A stretch of 64,000 nt of DNA from an uncultured Candidatus Binatia bacterium. GTDB taxonomy: Bacteria; Desulfobacterota; Binatia; UBA9968; JAJDTQ01. The position numbers were made by a program, and so were the translations under genes. The stretch covers positions 1,280,001-1,344,000 of the forward strand of contig OZ219754.1 of the NCBI GenBank assembly GCA_964291295.2, given 5' to 3'. Positions within the stretch are counted from its first letter, which is position 1. Each line of letters starts with the position of its first letter. Positions 54,709 through 64,000 of this stretch are shown here, piece by piece. The notes below the pieces were generated by a model that was not told the DNA's origin, did no database searches, and saw only the letters and a list, made by a program, of their open reading frames with translations.

Positions 54709-56064
54709 ATGAGCACTTCCGAAAGACTGCCGCTGGTGGCCATCGTGGGCCGGCCCAATGTAGGCAAGTCAACGCTGTTCAACCGCCTGAGCCGGGGCCG
54801 CCGCGCCATCGTGGACAACCAGCCGGGGGTGACCCGCGACAGGAACTACAATCCGGTGTCGTGGCGCCGCCGCCGCCTCATGCTGGTGGATACCGGCGGA
54901 CTCGAGCCGGACGAGCGCGCCGGGCTCAAGGGGCGGATTCTGCAACAGACCCTGACGGCGGTGGACGAGGCCGACGTCATCGTGTTCCTGCTGGACGGCC
55001 GCACCGGGCCCACGCCGCTGGATACGGCGGCGGCGGAGCTGTTGCGACAAACCGCCAAGCCGGTCTTCCACGCGGTCAACAAGCTCGACACCGGGCCCCG
55101 GGAAAGCGACCTCTACGAGTTCTACCGGCTTGGCGTGGAACGGTTGTTCCCGCTCTCGGCCGAGCACGGTCTGGGTGTCGCGGACCTCATGCAGGAAGTG
55201 CTGGACGCCCTGCCCGGGGAGCGGGGAGAAACCCCCGAATCCGGCCATTCGCTGGCCCTGGCGGTGGTAGGCCGGCCCAACGTGGGCAAGTCGACGCTGG
55301 TCAACCGGTTGCTGGGCCACGAACGTTCGCTGGTGGATTCGCGGCCAGGCACTACCCGCGATGCGCTTCAGGCGGACTTTGCCTGGCGCGGGATTCCCTG
55401 CCGGCTCACCGATACGGCGGGCATCCGGCGCAAGTCCCGGGTGGTGGACCCGGTGGAACGGTACAGCGTGAGCCGCGCGTTGCGTTCGGTGGACGCCGGC
55501 GATGTGGTCATCCATCTGCTGGACGGTTCGGAGGGGGTCACGGACCAGGACGCGCAGGTCATGGCCTATGGTTTCCAGCGGGGCAAGGCGATGGTGCTGG
55601 GCATCAACAAGTGGGATCTGCTGGACACGGACCGCCCGAGCCTGCGGGTGTACCAGGATTTTCTGCACCGGCGGCTACCGTTTGCCGACCACGTGCCGAT
55701 AGTTTCCCTGTCGGCATTGCAAGGGTCGGGCATGACGAAGCTGATGGACACGGTGGTTCGGGTGGGCGGGGCCCAGCGCCAGTGGGCCGGGACGCCGGCG
55801 CTCAACCGGACATTGCGCCGGCTGACCGCGCGGCACTCCCCGCCGCAGTTCCACGGGCGCGCCGTGAAGTTCTACTACGGCACCCAGACGGACGTGCAGC
55901 CGCCGACCTTCACCCTGTTCGTCAACTACCCGGAAGGCGTGGACGCGGGCTACCGGCGCTACCTCGTCAAGGCACTGCGCGCGGAACTGGGGCTCGAGCA
56001 CACGCCGGTGCGCCTGACCCTGCGGCCGCGGGCCGGCAGGGGAAAGCGGCAGGATGCCGGCTGA
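54709..56064 (+). CDS. der: Ribosome biogenesis GTPase Der (EngA)
   Basis: Two tandem G domains (GRPNVGKS twice). Confidence 0.97.
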   Translation: MSTSERLPLVAIVGRPNVGKSTLFNRLSRGRRAIVDNQPGVTRDRNYNPVSWRRRRLMLVDTGGLEPDERAGLKGRILQQTLTAVDEADVIVFLLDGRTGPTPLDTAAAELLRQTAKPVFHAVNKLDTGPRESDLYEFYRLGVERLFPLSAEHGLGVADLMQEVLDALPGERGETPESGHSLALAVVGRPNVGKSTLVNRLLGHERSLVDSRPGTTRDALQADFAWRGIPCRLTDTAGIRRKSRVVDPVERYSVSRALRSVDAGDVVIHLLDGSEGVTDQDAQVMAYGFQRGKAMVLGINKWDLLDTDRPSLRVYQDFLHRRLPFADHVPIVSLSALQGSGMTKLMDTVVRVGGAQRQWAGTPALNRTLRRLTARHSPPQFHGRAVKFYYGTQTDVQPPTFTLFVNYPEGVDAGYRRYLVKALRAELGLEHTPVRLTLRPRAGRGKRQDAG

Positions 56065-57202
56065 GACCCGGCGCGATCTTGCCTGGCTCGCTTTCGGTCG
56101 GGTGCCGGGGCTCGGGTGTGTCGGATTCCGGTGTGTGGCGGACTTCTTTGCCGACCCCGCCGACGCCTTCTTCAGCACCCGCGGGACCTTGCTTCGGGTT
56201 CCCGGGCTGGGCCGGGCGGCGGTGGACGGGTTGCTCGCCTTTTCCGGCTGGGACCGCGCCGCCGAGGAGATGCGCCGGGTCCGGGGCGCCGGCGTCCGGC
56301 TGGTGCGCTTTTGCGACCCGGCCTATCCCGAACGCCTGCGCACATTGCCCGACCCGCCGCCGGTGCTCTACGCCAGAGGCTCGCCGGAGGCTGCCGCCCG
56401 CCCGGCCGTGGGCATGGTCGGCACTCGGGCTCCGAGCGAGTACGGCCGCAGGATGACCCGCGCGCTGTGCCGGGGGCTGGCCGCCGTCGGCATCGTCGTG
56501 GTCAGCGGCATGGCCCGTGGTACGGACGGCGAAGCCCATGAAGCCGCGTTGGACGGCGGCGGGGAGACGGTGGCGGTGCTCGGTTCCGGTGTGGACGTGC
56601 CTTATCCGCGGGAACATCGGGAGCTCTGCCGCCGCATCGAGGCTGGCGGCGTAGTGCTCTCCGAGCATGCCATGGGGGCGGCCCCGCTGCCGCACCACTT
56701 TCCCGCGCGCAACCGCATCATCAGCGGCCTCTCGCTGGGCGTGGTGGTGGTGGAAGCCACCGGGCGGAGCGGCTCCCTGATCACCGCCCGGTGGGCGCTG
56801 GAGCAGGGCCGCGAGGTGTTCGCGGTTCCCGGACCGGCGGGGGCCAGCCGCAGCCGCGGACCCCACCGGCTGATCCGCCAGGGCGCCAAGCTGGTGGAGG
56901 ACGTGGGAGACATCATTGAGGAGATCGCGCCGCAACTGGCGCTCTCGCCCGCTCCTTCGGCCGAGGCGACGACAGGCTCCGGCGGCGCATCCGTGGAAAC
57001 GCCTCCTCTCGGGGGAACCGCGGGAACGGTCCTGCGGGAGCTGGGGGCCGGGCCGCTGCCGGTGGACGATATCATCGAGCGGACCGGCCTGTCGCCGCCC
57101 CAGGTCTGCCAGGTGCTGCTGGAGATGGAGTTGCAGGGATTGTTGAAGCAGTTGCCCGGAAACAGATATGCGTTAGACTCTGCTGTAGCCGTCCGCCGCT
57201 GA
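56054..57202 (+). CDS. dprA: DNA-processing protein DprA
   Basis: VSGMARG, FPARNRIISGLS, SGSLITA, C-terminal winged helix. Confidence 0.95.
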   Translation: MPAETRRDLAWLAFGRVPGLGCVGFRCVADFFADPADAFFSTRGTLLRVPGLGRAAVDGLLAFSGWDRAAEEMRRVRGAGVRLVRFCDPAYPERLRTLPDPPPVLYARGSPEAAARPAVGMVGTRAPSEYGRRMTRALCRGLAAVGIVVVSGMARGTDGEAHEAALDGGGETVAVLGSGVDVPYPREHRELCRRIEAGGVVLSEHAMGAAPLPHHFPARNRIISGLSLGVVVVEATGRSGSLITARWALEQGREVFAVPGPAGASRSRGPHRLIRQGAKLVEDVGDIIEEIAPQLALSPAPSAEATTGSGGASVETPPLGGTAGTVLRELGAGPLPVDDIIERTGLSPPQVCQVLLEMELQGLLKQLPGNRYALDSAVAVRR

Positions 57203-57238
57203 GCGCGGTCTCCCCGGGGGCGGCGAAGAAGTGCCGGG

Positions 57239-58603
57239 ATGAACAAAGCCAACGAGTGCGTGATCAGCGCGGCTGTGACCCGCGAGCGTGTGAATGTCGT
57301 GGGCGGGGGGTTGGCCGGGTGCGAGGCCGCGTGGCAGCTCGCCCGGCGGGGCGTGCCGGTGGACCTGTACGAGATGCGGCCGGCCACCCGGACCGCCGCT
57401 CATGCCACGGATCAACTGGCGGAGCTGGTGTGCAGCAATTCGTTCCGTTCCCGGTCGCGGACCACCGGAGCGGGGCTGCTGAAAGAAGAGATGCGGCGCA
57501 TGGGCTCGTTGGTCATCGCCTTGGGGGAGGCCCACCAGGTGCCCGCGGGCACGGCCTTGGCGGTGGACCGCGAGCGCTTTGCCCGGGCCGTCACCGAACA
57601 GGTGGCGGGTTTGCCGGGGCTGCGGCTGATACGCCGGGAGCTTGAGACCATTCCGTCCGGCCTGACCATCCTGGCCACGGGACCGCTCACGGCACAGCCC
57701 CTTTCGGCCTCCATCGGCGCGCTGCTGGGCGCGGAACATCTCTACTACTACGACGCCATCTCGCCGGTGGTCACCGCGGAGTCGGTGGATGCGGCGGTGG
57801 CCTTCCGGGCCTCACGTTACGACGAGCGGCCCGGCGACTATCTGAATCTGCCGTTGAACCAGCAGGAGTACTATCGGTTGGTGGATGCGGTGGTGGAATC
57901 AGAGAAGGCTCCGGTACGGAGCTTCGAGCGGTTCTTCGAGGGCTGTCTTCCCATCGAGGAGATGGCCCGGCGTGGACGGGAGACCCTGGCCTTCGGCCCC
58001 ATGAGGCCCACCGGCCTGGTGGACCCGGCTTCCGGGCGGCGTGCTTACGCGGTGGTGCAGTTGCGCCAGGAGAACCGCGAGGGCACGCTGTACAATCTCG
58101 TGGGCTTTCAGACCCGGATGACCTATCCGGAGCAGAAGCGGGTCTTTTCGCTGATTCCGGGTCTGGGCAGGGCGGTGTTCGTGCGCTACGGCAGCCTGCA
58201 CCGCAACACCTTCATCAACGCGCCAAAGCACCTGCTGCCCACGCTGCAATGGCGCGGCGCGTCGCAGCTCTTTTTCGCGGGCCAGCTCACCGGCGTCGAA
58301 GGGTACATCGAGTCGGCGGTGTCGGGGCTTCTGGCCGGGGTCAACGCCGCCCGCCTGGCCGCGGGGGCGAGCCCGGTGACGCCGCCCGCCACCACCGCCC
58401 TGGGTTCGCTGCTTCGCTACATTACCGACACCGGACGAGAGGCCTTCCAGCCCATGAATGTCAATTTCGGCCTGTTTCCGGAACTCTCGATCAAGGCCCG
58501 GGGCCGGCACAGGAAGGAACTCATGGGCGAGCGGGCGCTGCGGGATCTGGATCGCTGGTGGCGTGAGGTCGGCGAGGAGGCCGGCACCGTCCGGGAAGCG
58601 TGA
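57239..58603 (+). CDS. trmFO: Folate/FAD-dependent tRNA U54 methyltransferase TrmFO (Gid)
   Basis: GGGLAGCEAAWQ, ELVCSNS, GQLTGVEGY, FQPMNVNFG. Confidence 0.96.
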   Translation: MNKANECVISAAVTRERVNVVGGGLAGCEAAWQLARRGVPVDLYEMRPATRTAAHATDQLAELVCSNSFRSRSRTTGAGLLKEEMRRMGSLVIALGEAHQVPAGTALAVDRERFARAVTEQVAGLPGLRLIRRELETIPSGLTILATGPLTAQPLSASIGALLGAEHLYYYDAISPVVTAESVDAAVAFRASRYDERPGDYLNLPLNQQEYYRLVDAVVESEKAPVRSFERFFEGCLPIEEMARRGRETLAFGPMRPTGLVDPASGRRAYAVVQLRQENREGTLYNLVGFQTRMTYPEQKRVFSLIPGLGRAVFVRYGSLHRNTFINAPKHLLPTLQWRGASQLFFAGQLTGVEGYIESAVSGLLAGVNAARLAAGASPVTPPATTALGSLLRYITDTGREAFQPMNVNFGLFPELSIKARGRHRKELMGERALRDLDRWWREVGEEAGTVREA

Positions 58604-58606
58604 GCG

Positions 58607-59671
58607 ATGGACGATGCCGGCCTCATCACCCTGGACAGCGTCTCCAGGACGCATGCCCCTCGCGCTCCCGCGGCGGTCTCGGGCCTGAGTTTCACGCTGA
58701 GGCGGCACGAGGTTCTCGCGCTGCTGGGCCCGAGCGGTTCCGGCAAGACCACGACGCTGCGGCTGATCGCGGGCTTCGACCGCCCCGACAGCGGCAGGAT
58801 CCTGCTCAACGGCGCTCCGCTGTCCGGCGACGGCATCTGGATCGAGCCCGAGGGACGGCGTATCGGGATGGTCTTTCAGGACTACGCCCTGTTCCCCCAC
58901 CTGACGGTCCGGGACAACGTCATGTTCGGACTTGGCGGCCGGCCGCGACCGGCGCGCGTGGATGCGGCCCGGCGGGTGCTTGGCGCGGTGGGGATGGAAA
59001 CGTTGGCGCAACGCTATCCCCATGAACTCTCCGGCGGCCAGCAGCAACGGGTGGCGCTGGCCCGGGCGCTGGCCCCCAACCCCCTGGTGTTGTTGCTGGA
59101 CGAGCCCTTCAGCAGCCTCGACTTCGACATGAGGGCGGAGATGCGTGAGGAGCTGTTGAGGATCCTGCGCCTGTCGGAGACGGCCGCCATCCTGGTTACC
59201 CACGATCAGGAGGAAGCCCTTGCGGTGGCGGACCGGGTCGGGGTGCTCAACGACGGCGTCCTGGAGCAGCTCTCCGAACCGGAGGTGCTGTATCGCCAGC
59301 CGAAGACGCGCTTTGTCGCGGAGTTCGTCGGCCAGTCGGACTTCGTCTCCGGGGTGGTGCACGAAAGCATCAAGACCGAGGTGGGACTCTTTCCCAACGG
59401 CCCCGGTTTTCCCGACGGCACCAGGGTCGAGGTGTTGGTGCGCCCCGACGAGGTGGCGGTGGAGCCTGCCGGCGGCGGTGCGGCGGTGGTGGCGCGGCGG
59501 CAGTTTCGCGGCTCCGAGAGCCTCTACCACCTGAACCTGCCGTCCGGGGCGCAACTCCGCAGCAGCCAGCCGTCCACCTGCGCGCTGCGCCCGGGCGCGC
59601 GCGTGAACGTGACCGTCCGGCCCGCCCATCTGGTGGTCTTTCCCGCGCCCCCCCGCGCCGCCGTCCGATGA
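58607..59671 (+). CDS. ABC ATP-binding protein, FbpC/PotA type with TOBE domain
   Basis: GPSGSGKT, FQDYALFPHL, LSGGQQQR. Confidence 0.9.
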   Translation: MDDAGLITLDSVSRTHAPRAPAAVSGLSFTLRRHEVLALLGPSGSGKTTTLRLIAGFDRPDSGRILLNGAPLSGDGIWIEPEGRRIGMVFQDYALFPHLTVRDNVMFGLGGRPRPARVDAARRVLGAVGMETLAQRYPHELSGGQQQRVALARALAPNPLVLLLDEPFSSLDFDMRAEMREELLRILRLSETAAILVTHDQEEALAVADRVGVLNDGVLEQLSEPEVLYRQPKTRFVAEFVGQSDFVSGVVHESIKTEVGLFPNGPGFPDGTRVEVLVRPDEVAVEPAGGGAAVVARRQFRGSESLYHLNLPSGAQLRSSQPSTCALRPGARVNVTVRPAHLVVFPAPPRAAVR

Positions 59672-59966
59672 GTCGGCCCGGCGGGTCCGGAGTTTGACAT
59701 TCCAAAGGGATTCTGAAGAAATATGAGCCTGTAGCGGCCACCATGGCGTTGGCGTGGTGGCCTTTCGTCGTTCCTGGCGTGGTGCTTGCCCATTGTTCCC
59801 GGCGTCGTTCCGGGGTTTTGCCTGGCCACGGTGCCTGGTTGCTTTGTCTGGTTGCTGCACGGCGTCGTTGGTCGGCGTACCTGGTCGTTGTCTTGGTCGT
59901 TGTACCTGGGAGTGTCGCCGTTCATGGGGCGTGTGACGGACACGCGGCCCGATCCGGAGAGTGTCG

Positions 59967-60884
59967 ATGGCTGTGAGGAGCGAAAAGATTTGGGTCGACG
60001 GGGAGATGGTGGACTGGCAGGACGCCCGGTTTCACGTCATGAGCCACGCGCTCCACTATGGCACCGCCTATTTCGAGGGGATCCGTTGCTATGCGCTGGA
60101 GGACGGGCGGTCGGCGGTCTTTCGGCTCCCCGAGCACATCCGGCGCTTCAGGGATTCGGGGCACATTCTCGGCACGCCGCTGCCGTACGGCGGCGAGCGG
60201 ATGACCGAGGCGGTGCTGGATGTGATCCGCGTCAACCGGCTGAAGGAGTGTTACATCCGGCCCCTGGCGTTCGTGGGCGATGGCGAAATGGGATTGTACG
60301 CGCTGAACAATCCCGTGCGGGTGATCGTGGCGGCGTGGGCCTGGGGCGCCTACCTGGGCGACGAGGGGCTCGAACGGGGCGTCCGCGCCAAGGTGTCCTC
60401 CTATACGCGGCATCACGTCAACGTGATGATGACCAACAGCAAGATCTCCGGCAACTACGTGAACTCGGTGCTGGCCAAGCACGAGGCCAGACAGGCGGGG
60501 TACGATGAGGCGATCATGCTCGACCCCGAGGGGTGCGTCTCGGAGGCCAGCGGCGAGAACCTCTTCATCGTCAAGGACGGCGCGCTCAGGACGGCTCCGG
60601 CGACTTCGATTCTCCCCGGCATCAATCGGGCCAGCGTGATCGAGCTGGCCCGGGAGAAAGGGTACACGGTCCACGAAGAGCGTTTTGCCCGGGATGCCCT
60701 CTATATTGCCGACGAGGCCTTCCTCACCGGTACCGCGGCAGAGGTGACGCCGATCCGGGAAGTGGACGACCGCGCCGTCGGCGAGGGCAGGCCGGGGCCG
60801 GTCACGCTCGATCTGCAACAGACCTTCTTCGATGTCATCCGGGGCCGGGACGAGCGGTTCGGCCGCTGGCTGACCCTGGTCTGA
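59967..60884 (+). CDS. ilvE: Branched-chain amino acid aminotransferase
   Basis: HALHYG, KISGNYVNS, SGENLF, TGTAAEVTP. Confidence 0.96.
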   Translation: MAVRSEKIWVDGEMVDWQDARFHVMSHALHYGTAYFEGIRCYALEDGRSAVFRLPEHIRRFRDSGHILGTPLPYGGERMTEAVLDVIRVNRLKECYIRPLAFVGDGEMGLYALNNPVRVIVAAWAWGAYLGDEGLERGVRAKVSSYTRHHVNVMMTNSKISGNYVNSVLAKHEARQAGYDEAIMLDPEGCVSEASGENLFIVKDGALRTAPATSILPGINRASVIELAREKGYTVHEERFARDALYIADEAFLTGTAAEVTPIREVDDRAVGEGRPGPVTLDLQQTFFDVIRGRDERFGRWLTLV

Positions 60885-60973
60885 ACGCGGCCCCGCCGTG
60901 AGTCCGATCCGTTTTGCCGCCAGGCGGCATGGGGCCGCCGTCCGCCGCGCGGCCTCCTGAAAGGAGCGCGCAT

Positions 60974-63355
60974 ATGTGGGTCCGGGAAATCGCGATGGCC
61001 GCCGCCTGTGTCCTTCTCGTCGCCGCCTGCGGAGGCGGTGGAGGCGGGGGTGGAGGCGGAGGCGGTACTCCGACAGAGCGGACTCCTCCCGACCCGACGC
61101 CCCGCCAACCCGTGACCCCGCCCAACCCTGCGGCACAGCTCGACACGCCGCGTTTCACGACGCATCAACCCGACGTACTCGAACAGATCGGTGCGCACCA
61201 CGCCTACGCCAGGGGCTTGACCGGAAAGGGCGTTCGGGTCGGCATCGAAGACACGGCTGTCGACTGGACGCAGAGTGCGGAGTTCGGGAACCGGGTGAAG
61301 TTGACCCACGCCGGCGGCGCCAAACTCTACTATGATCGTTGGGTGGCCAACCTTGGATCAAGCTTGGTGGGCGAACTGCTGGAGTGCGAGCGCCGCGCTT
61401 CATGCACGGAGCGGTACATCGACAGTAACGGAGACCTGCACCGGGCGACCAGGGATTTCAACCGTGAGGTGCTCGATATTGTCAGGACAACCGGCCAGCC
61501 TCGCCGGGACGACTCGGCATTCCTGGGAGACAGGCATTATCTTGAGATCGCGAACAATGCCCTCCTCTCTTTCGATGACCGTTGGATCGCCTTGCAGAAT
61601 GCCGTCAAGGAGGTGCCCACGGTCTATGGCGAAGGAATGCACGGGACGGCCGTGGCTTCGGCAGCGGGCGGGAAGAACCTGGGCGTCGCACCGGAGGTGT
61701 CCATCGTCCCCATCGCGGTCAATCTGACCTCGGACGACCAGGTCGGGAACAGGTCCGTGATCGAAGATTTCAAGGATGTCGTGGAGGGTTCGCCGTCCGC
61801 GGTGCGCAGACAACTGGACGAGGACGTGGCGAGGTTCGTGCGGGACGGGTTTGCGAAACTGGACGTGATCAATCGGTCCTATGGACGGCCGGACACGGTT
61901 TTTGCGAGGTACAACGAATACAGCGACATACGATGGCTCAGCCGATACCTGCCGAAGAGCTTGAATGCCGAAACGCAGGCGGACCGGCCTGCCGCCGAGC
62001 GGACCATCATCGTCTATGCCGCGGGCAATGAGTCGGACCCTTCCCCCGGGCTCGGCGGCGCCTTGCCCTACTATTACGCACCACTTCGCGGACACAATCT
62101 GGCGGTTGTCGCGACGGACCCATCCACCGGCACCATCGCCGATTATTCCAACCGGTGCGGTCCGTTGCCGTCGAACTGGAATGCGGCGAGCCACGGGCGC
62201 CATTACTGTCTGGCCGCCCCGGGGACGGTGCGCGGTCTGGTGCCGAGAGTGAACACGCCCGGGCGCGGGGAGGTGCGCGAAAACCGGGGCACCAGCTTTG
62301 CGGCTCCCGTCGTTACCGGTTCGCTGGCGCTCCTGATGGAGCATTTCCGGGGAACACGCGGCAACACGGCCATCGTGCGGCGGCTGCTGGACACCGCGGA
62401 TCGCAGCGGGCGCTACGGCGCGTCGGAGATCTACGGCGCCGGTTTTCTGGATCTGGAGGCGGCGTTGTCGCCGGTGGGGACGCTGGTGGCCGGGCAGTCG
62501 GGGAGCGCGCTGCGCCGCACCACGCTCTACACGCCGGCGGCGTTCGGTTCGGTGGCGTCGCGTACCGCCCACATCGAACTGGCGGCCTTCGACGCGCAGG
62601 AGTTTCCGTTCTGGGTACCGCTGTCGTCGCGCATTGTCAGCCGGCCCGTGGGTCGTTCTCCGGTTCCCCGGCTCGATGAGGGCGTTGACGCCGCGGCCGG
62701 CCCCGAAGCTTTGGGGCAGCGGTGGATGGCGTTCGGAAACGCCGCGGACGGACCGCCCGCGGGCGGGCGCCGGTGGATCGTCGGTTTCGCGCCGCAATCG
62801 GCGAGCCTGGCGTTGGCCCCGCGCCAGGAGGGCTGGGGCTACGGTCTGAACTTCGACGGCGGCGGATATCTCGGCTCGCGCACATCCGGCGGTTTCGGTT
62901 CGGAACTCCGTTCCGGTTTCTCATGGCTCACGCGCGCCTTCAGGCACGAGCTCTGGGGTGACTGGCGGCTCGAGACCACCGGCACGGTGGGTCTGGGCGC
63001 GCCGCGTTACGAGAAGCGCGCGGTCTTTACCGCCTCCCCCTCCCTGCTGTCGGCGCTGTCGGTGCGCATCGGCACGGAGAGCACGGGGCTGACCGTGGAA
63101 CAGCCGCTGCGCGCCGAGACCGGAACCGGCACGTTCCGGGTGGAGAACGGCCGGATGGAGAATGGCCAAAAGTCTTACGACGAGCACCGCATCCCACTGC
63201 GGCCCGAATCGCGGGAAGTGCGCATGACGCTGCGCCACCAACGCCCGGCGCTGGCCGGGAGGCTCGCCCTGGAACTGGGCCTGGCCATGAACGCCGGCCA
63301 CGTCCCGCACCAGCGCGAGACCAGCCTCGGCATCGCCTACCGGGCGGCATGGTGA
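60974..63355 (+). CDS. Lipoprotein S8 (subtilisin-like) serine protease with a probable C-terminal beta-barrel
   Basis: RBS AAGGAG; lipobox VAAC then poly-Gly/Pro linker; D (GIEDT), H (HGTAVAS), N (AAGNE), S (GTSFAAP); ends YRAAW. Confidence 0.88.
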   Translation: MWVREIAMAAACVLLVAACGGGGGGGGGGGGTPTERTPPDPTPRQPVTPPNPAAQLDTPRFTTHQPDVLEQIGAHHAYARGLTGKGVRVGIEDTAVDWTQSAEFGNRVKLTHAGGAKLYYDRWVANLGSSLVGELLECERRASCTERYIDSNGDLHRATRDFNREVLDIVRTTGQPRRDDSAFLGDRHYLEIANNALLSFDDRWIALQNAVKEVPTVYGEGMHGTAVASAAGGKNLGVAPEVSIVPIAVNLTSDDQVGNRSVIEDFKDVVEGSPSAVRRQLDEDVARFVRDGFAKLDVINRSYGRPDTVFARYNEYSDIRWLSRYLPKSLNAETQADRPAAERTIIVYAAGNESDPSPGLGGALPYYYAPLRGHNLAVVATDPSTGTIADYSNRCGPLPSNWNAASHGRHYCLAAPGTVRGLVPRVNTPGRGEVRENRGTSFAAPVVTGSLALLMEHFRGTRGNTAIVRRLLDTADRSGRYGASEIYGAGFLDLEAALSPVGTLVAGQSGSALRRTTLYTPAAFGSVASRTAHIELAAFDAQEFPFWVPLSSRIVSRPVGRSPVPRLDEGVDAAAGPEALGQRWMAFGNAADGPPAGGRRWIVGFAPQSASLALAPRQEGWGYGLNFDGGGYLGSRTSGGFGSELRSGFSWLTRAFRHELWGDWRLETTGTVGLGAPRYEKRAVFTASPSLLSALSVRIGTESTGLTVEQPLRAETGTGTFRVENGRMENGQKSYDEHRIPLRPESREVRMTLRHQRPALAGRLALELGLAMNAGHVPHQRETSLGIAYRAAW

Positions 63356-63382
63356 ACTTGCCGGAGTGAAGGGAGATAGGCC

Positions 63383-63859
63383 ATGACCGTGGCGGAATGG
63401 ATCGCAGTCGCGCAACTGGTGATCGCGGCGGTCGGCGTCGGATCGGTGTGGTACGGGATCGCCCAGATGCGCTGGGCGGGCGAACAACGCGAGAAGCGTG
63501 AGGACCATCGCCATGCCGAGGCCATGAAGTCGCTGGACAGCCAGGCCGAAGCTCTCCGGACCGCCATGGCGGGTCTCGAACGCCAAGGGGCCGCGCTCGA
63601 CCGCCAGGGGGCTGCACTCGACCGCCAGGGAACCGCGCTCGAACGCCAGGGGGACGCGCTCGACCGCCAAGGGGCTGCGCTCGAACGCCTGGGGGGAGCG
63701 CTCGACCGTCAGGGGGCTGCGCTCGAACGTCTGGGGACGGGTCTCGACCGTCAGGGGGCTGCGCTTGAACGCTTGGGGACGGGTCTCGACCGCCAGGGGG
63801 CTGCGCTTGAACGCCAGGGAGACGCACTCGCGGCTGTACTGACCGGGAACCGGAGCTGA
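63383..63859 (+). CDS. Membrane-anchored heptad-repeat coiled-coil protein
   Basis: RBS GGGAG; TM helix, HRHAEAM motif, about 12 x 21-bp repeats encoding L[DE]RQGAA. Confidence 0.75.
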   Translation: MTVAEWIAVAQLVIAAVGVGSVWYGIAQMRWAGEQREKREDHRHAEAMKSLDSQAEALRTAMAGLERQGAALDRQGAALDRQGTALERQGDALDRQGAALERLGGALDRQGAALERLGTGLDRQGAALERLGTGLDRQGAALERQGDALAAVLTGNRS

Positions 63860-64000
63860 GGACGCTTCGGTTCGTTTTCGCGGGATCCGTCCGCGCCCTT
63901 CGGTTCCGCCGCGCCTGTCCCGCCCGCGGGGAGGGCGTCCATGTTCCGGCTAACATCTCTCGTTCCAGTCCCGCACCGAGTACTTTCGTTCGATCAGCGC

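Overview
A high-GC bacterial chromosome segment, Gram-negative from its OM beta-barrel, AmgK/MurU and YejABEF genes. It is mostly housekeeping: pilMNO, priA, def-fmt-rsmB, tRNA-Pro(CGG), amgK-murU, a split nadE, rsmI, ligA, yejABEF, oppDF-like, greA, a MoxR/DUF58/vWA operon, era-der-dprA-trmFO and ilvE. Three accessory stretches interrupt this. (1) ~8-20 kb, after tRNA-Pro, holds the most notable structure: two head-to-head, near-identical outer-membrane beta-barrel genes forming a ~1.5 kb inverted repeat. They differ mainly in four loop-like segments and flank a ~400 bp spacer whose clearest promoter points at one copy. An intact Cre-like tyrosine recombinase lies next to them. This is a candidate inversion-based porin phase/antigenic-variation system. 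(2) ~35.7-40.2 kb is a decayed patch: a frameshifted IS1634-like element, an autotransporter-like C-terminal remnant, menB and a menA stub. (3) ~61-64 kb holds a lipoprotein S8 protease and a heptad-repeat membrane protein with a paralog at 19.5 kb. Short 12-21 bp tandem duplications are common in intergenic DNA, some copying the adjacent gene start or stop. All calls are from motif recognition by eye; no database searches were run.
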